Assembly (NCBI GenBank): GCA_012295275.1
Contig: CM022666.1
Location: forward strand, 10,912,001 to 10,976,000
Origin: Chrysomallon squamiferum
Taxonomy: Eukaryota > Animalia > Mollusca
DNA: 64,000 nt
Direction: 5' to 3'
The stretch's first letter is position 1. Each line of letters begins with the position of its first letter. Made by a program: the position numbers and the translations under genes. This document shows, in pieces, positions 12,687 to 28,040 of this stretch. The notes under the pieces are model-generated. The model was not told the DNA's origin. It searched no databases and was given only the letters and a program-made list of their open reading frames with translations.

Positions 12687-14718
12687 TTAATCTGATATAT
12701 TTTGACTTAATGTATCTTTATAACACACTTTTGATTATACTTCACTACTGTTTACTTTAAAAGTCGGCGGTTTTATATTTTTTAATACTGAAAATAAATA
12801 AATAAATAAATAAATTTAGATATGGGAAGGTAAGTTTAAACTGATATTTGCTCGCCAGTTCGTTTGTTCGTTATGTTTACATGTACCTCTTTTACGTTTT
12901 TCGGGAGATAAAGGTTCAAAATCTCCAGCTGAAGCCGTTTTGTTTTGTGTTTCTCCAAACAGTTTAGACATTTCGTGGGGCTCTTTCTTAGCAGGGTCAT
13001 CCTAGAAAATATGTTGTAAAAATATCATCCACAGCAACAGCAACAGAAACAAAAAAAACGATGTACATATTACTGAAAAGAAAATCATGAATGTGTGTAA
13101 TTAAGCTCAGTTTAACTTATAATCACAAAACAGATTACTTTTTAAAATTTTGGATAAGTACCTACATATATCAACTGAACAAGACCGTACACACACATAA
13201 ACACTCTAACACAAGAGATCATCTGCTTCTCTCTATCTCTTTTTGCATGTAGAACTTACTCTGATGACGCAGTGTCCGTATATTTCCGAGAAGTCACGAA
13301 CACACTCTTCATCTTCTCCTAAACAGTTTAGAGACGACTGACACATCTGTCCATACATCTGAAAACAACAACAATATAACACAGTAAAAGTAATAATAAT
13401 CATAGCTGTGGTATAACTCTAGCTAGAGTAACAATAATGACGTATATTAATAATATACAACCAGTAAAAACAATATTAATAATGTCGTAAAAAAATAATC
13501 ACAGCAGCGAAAACAACTGAAAAAGAACAATAGATCAAAAACTATAAACATGATGGTAATAACTGAAATTATAATAGCAGCAACAGCAACAGTAACAAGA
13601 AAACAGCACAAACAGTGTAACAAAAAAATGTCATGTCCGTAACTAGACTGTTTTTGAAATGAGGCAAAAGCACTTAATCGCCGAGGGGAGCGAGGCAAAA
13701 ACATTTGGGCGAGGGATCTGAGGGCCGCCTAAGTGGATATTTTGTCTATCGGAATAAAGATTTATATTTTATATTTTTTCTATAAAATCTTTGTATAAAA
13801 CAAAAACAACAACAACAACAACAACAACAAATTCCTCAATTTCGGTATGAGGCATTTGCCTCAGTGTAGTTATGGTCATGACGGTACTTACCACTTGGTT
13901 ATTACCGTAGCAAATTCTAGTGAGAATAGTAAATACTGGTATTACCAATATCATCCAATACATTGATTTTTTCCTGAAGAAATGAATTTATTTCATTAAA
14001 CAATAGAGAGATTAAGCAACGGTATTTTGGTGATAGCATTATCAGATGTGGAGGTAGCAGTGATAGTGTGGTTGTGGTGCTATGGTGATTGTATTAAAAG
14101 TAGTTTATGTTGTGATGCTGTGACAGAAGTAACAGTTGTGGTATTACACGTATAAGCATTAGTAATGTAATGATAGCAATAATATTAGTAATAACAATGC
14201 TTAATATAATGAATAATCACAATATAACAGTAATAATACGTAGTCACGGTAACAGTGTATTGATGATACTAATAGAAGTTGTGGTACATTAATAGTTGTA
14301 GTAGTAATCGTCGTTGTAGTAATGACAGTAATAGTGTGTACGTACTTACACAGCGATGCTTTTTGTGTCATTGCTATTCTTACTGTTTTATTTAGATCCT
14401 ATTGTTGTCGTTTACTAAAGATATTTTATTTATTGTTGTTGATGCCGATTTCCTTCTTTCTGTTATATTATTATGTTATCGTTATTGTTAATGTTGTTAG
14501 TGCTACATAATTGTTAATTATATATTACTTTTATTAAAATTGTGGCATAGTTACCACTATTATTGTTATTATTGTTTTCATAGTGTTATTGCTGTTAGTG
14601 ATTAAACATTTGCTTTTATTGTTGTTGTATATAGTTACTGTATATTAATATTGAAAAGAAACAGTAACAACAGCATCAAATTCAAATACCTTTGTTTGCT
14701 AATCCTAACGCTCATCAT
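11378..14718 (-). CDS. Unrecognised secreted precursor, paralogue B
   Basis: Possible first exon 14718-14690 (MMSVRISKQR), then 13973-13892 (KKSMYWMILVIPVFTILTRICYGNNQV, hydrophobic leader; ATG 13963 is an alternative start), 13358-13260 (MYGQMCQSSLNCLGEDEECVRDFSEIYGHCVIR), 13001-12887 (...SPEKRKR), 12249-11378 (DANGIEHYVDD...). Same exon order and phases as paralogue A. Confidence 0.8.
13630..13882. mobile_element. MITE-like non-autonomous DNA element
   Basis: Inverted termini gtcatgtccgtaactagactg (13630-13650) and cagtgtagttatggtcatgac (13862-13882), 18/21 matches, with a GC-richer interior in an AT-rich intron. Confidence 0.65.
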
Positions 14719-17131
14719 ACAAGGGTTTTATAAAGTTATCCTTCTTCTCTGCACATTCTATCTGCTGTCTTGGCTGTCGTAAAACAGAAAGCAAATCATT
14801 TACAAATACTTGAAATTGTTGTCAAGTATGACGTCATGAAGAACATAATTACGTCGTCTGGTTCTCGACTTTGGTTATCTGATCGCGACGTCGGTCTATT
14901 TCTTTTAAAAATCAGAAATAGGGTTTATCAGGACTTTAAAATGAATTTCATATGTTGTGTAGGTAGCGGTTATCAATCTGTCCAGGGTTTATATAATATA
15001 TACTGATGCCCCAACTATCAACAAGTACCGAGATCCCGAAAACAATTCCAAATTTTGAGTTTTTCAGTGGAGGGGGTAGGTGCAAAGTTTGTTAACTAAG
15101 TGGTTTACGAGAAGTATACTTACTACGGTAGTCAGACATGGGGTTTTAGTGTATATTATATTACTGTATGAAAGATGTATATAACTATCAAGAGAAAAAC
15201 ATTTAAATAAAATAATTCCAATAATTTTTATGTATGGTTACACAAAATATTTGATTCTATTTGTTTAATCATAATTATTAAAACTAAGTAACTGCATTTC
15301 ATGATAGACAGAAAAACAAATACAAGGAACAGAACTTGGTTTTATGTAATAACAGTAATTTGTTTTTATCAGCATTATTTTATTATCTAAATATAAACAA
15401 GGATGTTCATTTTAATTTGTAAAAATTGGATATTTACAACTTGGCATGGATTAAAGTAATAATTTTATTATACAGCTTTTCACAATTAGAGAAAACAATT
15501 ATAATAATAAAATAAAAACTAAAATTCTTCATTAGTTGTGTAAAACTAAAATGTTTTATGAACCATCTATTAAATCATTCTGGAGGTTTCAAGATTACAT
15601 GGTATTATCAACCAATTTTTTATTAAAAAGCAACATCAAACAGAAAATAATAGAAATACTCTTAAACAAACAGCTTTCGCTAAAACAATTTTATCACCAA
15701 ATAAACCACAGTTTACATTTTAATTGACTCTGAGCATAGAGATAACTCTAGAGCTTTGTTATTTACACCCAAAAACCCAGAGGGCTTAGAATGTTCAAAC
15801 AAATAATAATAATAAAAAAAATTATCTCTGGTAAATAATAAAATAATTGATGAATTATGTTGTGTACTCTAATTCTGACTTTTATCTCCCCAGTGAATAA
15901 ATTTGTCTTAAATCGAAAATTAGGTTCTTTGTGCTTGTATTTCTTATGCCATAGTTATCAGCAACAACAAAGACTTGGTGAAAAAATAATTGTTACAATT
16001 TAATGAAGGAATCTTTTGAAAGGTGAGACCTTCGTTTTAGAGGTCTCATAAAGTATTTACAATGCAATAGTTATCAAACACAAACTAAAATGTTTGATGA
16101 ATTTATTAACCACACCCAAGTCTTGCTTGGGATTTTAATAAAGTCAACAAATGTTTACATTAACCTGGTAAAAAGAAAATAACAAAAATGTTTTTACCTT
16201 TATATAAACAGCTTTCATCCAGATTTTTACAAGAGTAAATAAACCACAATTTTTAGTTTATCTGAATGTTAGCAATGACATAGGATATGCTTCTACTTCA
16301 GTCCTTCATATATCAACTCAAGAATTTAATCCCTTAAACAAAAAATTAATAAAAAGACATGTTTCAATAATTCAAGCACTCAAGATGTCTTAAGCACAAA
16401 AACAGCCTATTTGTGGTAGAAAAAAGTAAAACTTTTGTTTTATAGTCCTTTTCAAATCACCTTGAGGTTTTAAATTTTCAATAAATAAACAAATGAATAA
16501 AAATTATGAAATACTATATCACCAGCACGATGCATAAAAGAGACAAACAACATTATTTTTAGACAGCTATTCCCAGCTTTCCATGGGTAATGAATAATAA
16601 TAATAATAATAATACAATATCAACAGCATCCAATACATGATCATTAAACAGAAATCAACTGATGAAGTTATTAATGAACCATCACAAGTTTTAAAATGTA
16701 AAATTGATGTATTTACTTTATCTCAACAAACAAACAAATGTTCAAAACAAATTAATCGGCTCTTAGCTCTGTGCTTCATCAAACATCATTAGAAACCAGC
16801 TTCAGTAAAATAAGTGTCAAATTAATATCTGTAATAGTGTGATCAGGATGTTGTCACCAGATGGTAAACTGTAAACATTGTGATAGTTAGCTGTAAACAT
16901 CAAGATGACAATTTGCAAACACCAAGATGGTAAAGTGTAAATATCAAGATGACTGACTAAACATCAAGATGATAAAGTGTAAACATCAAAATAGTAAACT
17001 GTATATTTCAAACAGATATCAGACAAAAACATTTTTTTTCATGTAGACAGTTGAAAACTGTAGATGGTAAAGATCAAACTGGTGGAGTATGGTAAACTGT
17101 AGAGAAGTAGTGTTATAAATTCATGTGTTCT

Positions 17132-21306
<4,175 letters not shown>

Positions 21307-22128
21307 TTTCGGATACTAATCGCTTAAACCCAGTTGACTTTTGCATCACATGACCGCACTCGTGCTAATAAAATCTGTCAATAGCACACGAAAAACGGAC
21401 TAGAAGGTTAATGAAAACAACGATTGTATTTTTATTTTACTGGATTTGTTTGAATTTATAATATAAGCTTAAAAACAGAATTATTAGCTGTATCAAGTTA
21501 ACTAACTCGAGGAACCCAAGCTTATGATATTTTGAAAGTAATAAAGACTTACAACTAATTTAAATATTTATTCTTAAATTTCTATTTTTATAAAATAAAT
21601 AACTAATAAATAAATAATAGTAGTAGTAGTAGTAGTAGTAAGAATAATAATAAGAATAATAAGAATAATAATAGTAATAACAACAAGAATAAATAAATAA
21701 ATAAATACCTAACGTAAGTTATTAATAAATATTAATATAATATTATTTAATTTCAAATAACAATGCCAAACTGAGGCGTACAGGACATTTACATTTATAA
21801 TTAATTTATGAATTTTCTTAATATAGCTGACTGGCTCAATACATCTTTTGCATAATTGAAGTCCTATTTCATGTTCTGGTTCTGTTTTCTTTGAGATTAG
21901 TTCGAGCATCTTTATGGTGGAGGAAAACAATAAAAAAAAAGCCTTTACGGAAGTTACTAGAGCAAGTATGGCCGTCAACGTGTACGATGTACATGTAAAC
22001 ATGAAAACAAGGTTTAATCACTGCAGTAATATGTGAATACCAAAGGAATTGGTGACATGAATAATGACCTGAGTTATATTTATAGACTATGCCTTGTCCG
22101 GTGTCCGGTTCTGATACGATTTAGACAA
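21307..22128. promoter_or_regulatory. Putative bidirectional promoter region between RRAGA and KIAA2013-like, with E-box TCACATGAC at 21346-21354
   Basis: Divergent ATGs ~820 bp apart; the motif reads GTCATGTGA on the minus strand, 40 bp upstream of the RRAGA ATG. Confidence 0.55.
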
Positions 22129-23973
22129 ATGTGGCTGAGAAGCAAAGTTCAGAATTCATTTGCTGCATTGAATTCCTTGAGTAGACCTAGAAAACTAGTT
22201 CTTGCTACTATAGTTTTCTTGGCTTTGCTCTACTACTTATTACCTTCGTTATTCGGTCTGTCAAAATTGAAAGGTGACATTCATTCTACGGAAAGTTGTT
22301 TAGATGAAAAGATCCAAAATGTGTTTTACAAATCACTTCGGTCATTTGATGCGGTCGTCAGACATAGTCCCCTACATGTTAATGAGGGAGAACATTCCTA
22401 TCCTATGTATGTTGGTAATGGCAAGCTAGCAGCCTCTTTTGATTCAGATAATGGCGCCTTCATCAGGTTAAACCGAGCACTGTCCCTACCTGTACAGTTT
22501 TACCCAATAATACAAACACGCATAGAAGGTAAACAAGTAAATGAAGCATTTGTGCTTGATATGAAAAATGGCATTGCATACCGAATGCAAACATTGAGAA
22601 CATCAACAGGTTGCGTTTCTATTGGTTCTAAAATATATGCTCACAGATCTCGGCCATCTTTATTTATTCAAGATATTCGAATACAAAACCCAAGCCAGTA
22701 TCCAGTAGTTATAGAGTTAGATCAGATAGGTGCTTCAGGCTGGACTGGATCAAAAACTGAACAGTTCACTGCTGCAAGTCAGACAGGAGATAAAGTAAAA
22801 TATAAAATAACATCAGGACTTGTCAAAGTTCCTGGCTCAAATTCATATGCTGCTGCATCCTTTGGCATGATGTTTGTAGACCAGAATACACTTTCTGTCA
22901 AGGCACACTCAAACGTGAATAACCATTTCATTACAGCTGTGCACTACACAAAGCCAATGCAAAACAAAGAAGCAAGCAGATACTTGACAGAATTGTCAAA
23001 ACAGGTTCAGCTTGATATGACCAGTGCCTTAGAGATTGATGGCAGGCATTTGCTAAAGGAACATGTAAGTGTCTGGGGTAAGTTATGGGAGAGTGGTTTC
23101 AGCATAAGCTACTCTAAAGCAGCAGGAGTTTTGAATGGAGAAAAAATAAATATGACCATGTATTATGTTCTCAGTAATGTTCCAGCACCACTGCATGATG
23201 TTTCAGCAACTAAGGCTGATAAAGGAAAAATCTTGAAAGTGCTCTACTATCCTGACCGTTGCTATAGTGAGCACTCAACACTGCAGGCACAGACACTGTG
23301 GACAGATGTAGCAAATGAACAGCAGATTGCACAAGTTGTTACAACATGGATGATAACTCTGGAAACTCACGGTTGTAGAGTCATGGTGCAGTCTGGTGCA
23401 GAAGGAGTCCTTCAAGCTATGGTGCTCAGCTTTGGAGCTGTAACCTTCCATGATGAACATCTTGAATATGCTGTTCATCCAAAGGAGCTTCACCGAGATA
23501 TGACATTCCGAAGGATCAACTATGGCAACAACACTCATGTCAACATTTCAGTGATTGTCGGAGATGACAATAAGGCAAACCTATATGTGGCTTTGGATCG
23601 CAACGACAAGCCATACTATGCCTGTGATGCTGGTTGTCTTGACCCACCAATGTTGCTGAGCAGACAGTGGAAACGATTTCCAGTAAAACTGACAGAACCA
23701 TTGACGTCCATCCTGTACATCACTGCTGACAAAAATCACATGGAGGAGTTGAAGCATGCAATTCATGTAAAAGCTGTAGAAGAAGCTCCACCCCATGAAC
23801 ATCATGTGATTGCTTTGCATAAGCATGGCCATCATTTTGGAGGCCTGCCCATGTTGTTCTGGGTTTCTATAGCATTCCTTATTTTAACATTTCACCTCTT
23901 CCTTTTCAAGTTAATTTATAATGAGTACTGTGTGGGCCAGGAACGTTATGCAAGAACTAAATATAATATGTAA
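22129..23973 (+). CDS. KIAA2013: KIAA2013-like (DUF2152) membrane protein, intronless CDS
   Basis: Likely start MWLRSK (ATG 22129), N-terminal TM, YVGNG, AHRSRPSL, INMTMYYVLS, YACDAGCLDPP, ILYITAD...LKHAIHVK, HGHHFGGLPMLFW and a C-terminal TM ending FHLFLFKLIYNEYC. Confidence 0.93.
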   Translation: MWLRSKVQNSFAALNSLSRPRKLVLATIVFLALLYYLLPSLFGLSKLKGDIHSTESCLDEKIQNVFYKSLRSFDAVVRHSPLHVNEGEHSYPMYVGNGKLAASFDSDNGAFIRLNRALSLPVQFYPIIQTRIEGKQVNEAFVLDMKNGIAYRMQTLRTSTGCVSIGSKIYAHRSRPSLFIQDIRIQNPSQYPVVIELDQIGASGWTGSKTEQFTAASQTGDKVKYKITSGLVKVPGSNSYAAASFGMMFVDQNTLSVKAHSNVNNHFITAVHYTKPMQNKEASRYLTELSKQVQLDMTSALEIDGRHLLKEHVSVWGKLWESGFSISYSKAAGVLNGEKINMTMYYVLSNVPAPLHDVSATKADKGKILKVLYYPDRCYSEHSTLQAQTLWTDVANEQQIAQVVTTWMITLETHGCRVMVQSGAEGVLQAMVLSFGAVTFHDEHLEYAVHPKELHRDMTFRRINYGNNTHVNISVIVGDDNKANLYVALDRNDKPYYACDAGCLDPPMLLSRQWKRFPVKLTEPLTSILYITADKNHMEELKHAIHVKAVEEAPPHEHHVIALHKHGHHFGGLPMLFWVSIAFLILTFHLFLFKLIYNEYCVGQERYARTKYNM

Positions 23974-25707
23974 TAGTTGTGTTTAGTGTATGTTCTCATG
24001 TTCGTTTATTGTATACAAACAGTATAACATGTTTGAGTTATATTTTTAATTGTAAACATATTGTGATGTAATAGATGTGTAGATATATATTTTGTTTAAA
24101 TTATATGTAGCATATGTACATTCATAATGTTGATAATGTTATGTATTTATGTGTGTAGGTAGGTAGGTATGTATGTAAGTATGTATGTATGTTTATGTTA
24201 AATATGTGGGATTCTGTTGATAGTTACAAATAAAAGTGGGAATTATTTAGTGGTTTAGTTGATACTGTTTATTTTGAATAGATTCAGTATGTTGTGGTAT
24301 GATAGTAAATTAATTATTTTTAAATATTTCCAAATGCTACATAAGTGTCCTTACAGAATATGTTGAGTTTATTGTAATCATCTGATTTATTTAGATTTGT
24401 ATATAACATAAATTAATAGCATGAGATGTATTGTGTTGATTAATTTAAATAGTAGTTACATCTTGATATGGGTATACCCGAATATTAAAAAGTGATTTTT
24501 TCTTTTATTAGATTTTCATTTTCAAATCTTATTTTCTTCACCATAATGAAGTTCAATTATAACTGATTTTAGTTTAAAATACTGTTTTTAAATTTCATGT
24601 TTTACAGAAATCCTGAAATGTTCTTGAAAATTGTTTATTTTAAAATCCTGTCCTGGAAAACTGTTATCTTTGAAAAATGCTTAAAATTCACAAGAAATTA
24701 AAAATAAGAATTTAAAAAAAGTTATTGTTTAAAAGAGAAATGGAGCAAAAGATCTCATTAATTATATAATTGCAGTTTATTCTTGGTGGGATTGGGTGAA
24801 AATTTTGATATTTTGTCTTGGACATATTTTGGAATTTATTTTTGTTGTGTTTCTTGGATTTCTCATGCTGTCACTGCACTGCTATCTCAGAATTTTTAAA
24901 TTTAGAATTTTATTTTTAACTAATTTATGAGTAAAACATTACTTTAAAGCTGATATTTTATATTATATAAATAAAACAATCTTTAGAAAAATAACCCTAA
25001 TTTAATGGTCTAACAGTGGCTGTTGATTAAAGACCATTAAATTGCACTTTTTTAAAATGATCATATTTCAGTATTATAACACTGTAGTTGTAGTACTAAG
25101 ATTTAATAAGAAAGATTTAATTTTAAAAGTTAATGATTATATAAACACAAATTATACTAACACATTGGGCAGTAAGTATTTAATTTTGTTAAACATGAAT
25201 TATGAATTCCAAAGGAATTTTATCTCTTGCTTTCATTCTTAAAGAAATTAATCTGATAAATCAGAAGTCTGTTGAATCATTGTCCATTAAATCAAGAATT
25301 TATCGCATATCATTTTAAAAGCTGAGATTTTTTCAAATAAAATGTCTTAAAACATGAAGAAAAATATCTTAAAAGTAAAGAAAAAATATTTTGAAGCAGG
25401 TCACAAATATATATATTTTTTATCATTCCAAAAGTTAGTGCAGTTCATAAATAGAATTAGCAAAGAATTGGTAGATTAATAAAACATTTTTTAGGAAATC
25501 ATGCTGTTTACATGGCATGGGGTATGAATTGTTTGTTTGTACTTGTATCTGTCATTCAAAACAAATATCTGAAATGGAACATAACTTTAATATGTGGGAA
25601 ATTTGTTCCAAATGGTCATAATTACACGTTTGTTCTTTGTCTCTTGGAAAACCATATGAAGTTATGAAATCAAACAATTGTAACACTGAATTATTTTAAT
25701 GTTACAG

Positions 25708-25782
25708 ATAACAAATATCAGTTATATTACATATAACAAATATCAGTTATATTACCTATAACAAATATCAGTTATATTACAT
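25708..25782. repeat. Three-copy 25-bp tandem repeat
   Basis: ataacaaatatcagttatattac(a/c)t x3. Confidence 0.9.
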
Positions 25783-26906
25783 ACAGAAAATATCTTCACT
25801 AATTACATTACATTTCAGAAACGAAATGTAATGTAAACACTGATTTTCAGGGATGCAGATGTGAAAAATATTTCACTAGCTCATCAGACTTGTTCCTGAA
25901 ATAATTCATTAATACTCCAGACCACAAATTAGTGTAAGATTGTTTATTATAAAGGTAAACATAAAATCACAAGTAATTGTTTTATTTTACATTTACTTAC
26001 AAGTAATCCAGTATTTTCTCAACTCATGTGTAAATGTATGTGCATGCGTGCAAATTTTAAGTATGTATGAATTTGGTATATATTATTGAAATCGAGACAA
26101 ACCTGAGAGTTAATATTTCACATTACATCATCAGCTCAACCTACAGAAAGTAGCAACATTAGAAATCAGCCTTATGTGTATCTTATTGGTATGTATACTG
26201 TTTATATTCAGAGATGTAAATATACTACTTTCAATTTAACAAAGCTGGTGTAAAATATGTTTGAAAATTTAAAATAAAAAGAGTATGATTTTTAAATTAT
26301 TATTGTTATATGTTTTTGTACACATTAGATACACATTCATATACACCTTGTTTCTATTAAGAAGAAAAACAGTTTAGTTTTATTTATTTTTCATTTTTTT
26401 GAATAAATAAAATCAAATAACCAAATAATGGTCCTAGGGTTAGAACTAGAAAAATTCTGATATATTTTGATATTTCAGAAGAATTTTTTTTTTCTTTTTG
26501 CATTATCTGATAAAAATCGGTACTTTGATGGCATTACAAATATTTTAATTAGTAATTGTAACATTAATTATTTAAATAAAATGATAAGAAACAGAATATT
26601 CTTTCTACCAAAAGCAGTTTTTATTTCAATTTTTCTGCCATTTATATACTTTTTGTTTCGTTTTAAATTTAAATATTAAATTATAACAATGTTAAGATTT
26701 TACAGTCCCATCAAACATCAGATTTTTATAAATTATTTTTGTATGCTAACACAACAAAAGAGATGAGAAAATATTAAATTTTATAGATACTTGTTTATAA
26801 ATTATCATTTAATAGTAAAAACATTTTTTAAAGCTTCCACTTTGATGTAATCCTGAAATGATTTATGTAACCATGATTTTTACCTGTGATTTTATTATTA
26901 TTATTA

Positions 26907-26940
<34 letters not shown>

Positions 26941-27356
26941 ATAAGAGTTATGCACAATATATACTGACAATGTACTATAAAAGATTTTATCACTACACAT
27001 TATTATTCATTTTATTAGTAATATTAGTACTTATTATATTATTTATTAATAGTAGTAGTACACAGTTTTGGAATAAACTAAAATTTGGTTGAAGTTTCTC
27101 ATTTATTATTGGAAAATTTTCTAAAAATGTAGCAATACAAATATTGCAGCATTTATGGTTTTTCATTACATGAGGAAATGATAGTTATCTTAATTTATGA
27201 AATTATATGTAGTATTGTTAAAAAATACTAATTTTATTTGTTAATGTTTGTCATAATCAGTGGGTGGTTGCTAGCTGAACCTCTTGTCTGGAGTAACTTA
27301 CTAAACATGTTTAAAGATTCTTTAAATAAAGATATTGAATTTTCTGTTTGTTATTT

Positions 27357-27369
27357 CTCTCTCTCTCCC

Positions 27370-27421
<52 letters not shown>

Positions 27422-27573
27422 TGTCTCAGTCACATATTTTGCCCTCTCTCACATTCGCTGTCTATCACTCATTCTCTCTCTCTCCCTCTCTCCCTCTCTC
27501 TCTCTCACATAAACACACCCACACACATTGGCTCAGTTACATATTTTGCCCTCTCACATTCGCTGTCTATCAC

Positions 27574-27656
<83 letters not shown>

Positions 27657-27827
27657 TACACATTCACATTGTGTCAGTCACATATTTTGCCCTCTCTCAC
27701 ATTCTCTCTCTCTCTCTCACAAACACACACATTGTGTCAGTCACATATTTTGCCCTCTCTCACATTCTCTTTCTCTCTCTCTCTCACATACACACACACA
27801 TTGTGTCAGTCATATTTTGCCCTCTCA

Positions 27828-27877
<50 letters not shown>

Positions 27878-27905
27878 CACACACACTTGTGTCAGTCATA
27901 TTTTG

Positions 27906-27999
<94 letters not shown>

Positions 28000-28040
28000 A
28001 ACACACAGACATTTTGTCCCTCTCTCAAATTCGCTGTCAC
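27357..28040. repeat. Compound minisatellite: conserved core ttgtgtcagtcacatattttgccctctctcacattc separated by variable (CT)n/(CA)n tracts, ~7 units
   Basis: Core recurs near 27421, 27528, 27669, 27732, 27801, 27888, with a degenerate copy at ~28010. Confidence 0.9.

Noticed and set aside
16855-17100. Repeated gatggtaaactgtaaacatcaa-like units after the RagA stop
   Set aside because: Degenerate tandem repeat in the 3'UTR with no evidence of function.
22033-22128. ORF-track N-terminal extension of KIAA2013-like
   Set aside because: Begins at GTG; homology-like start MWL is at 22129. The upstream ATG at 22057 is not excluded.
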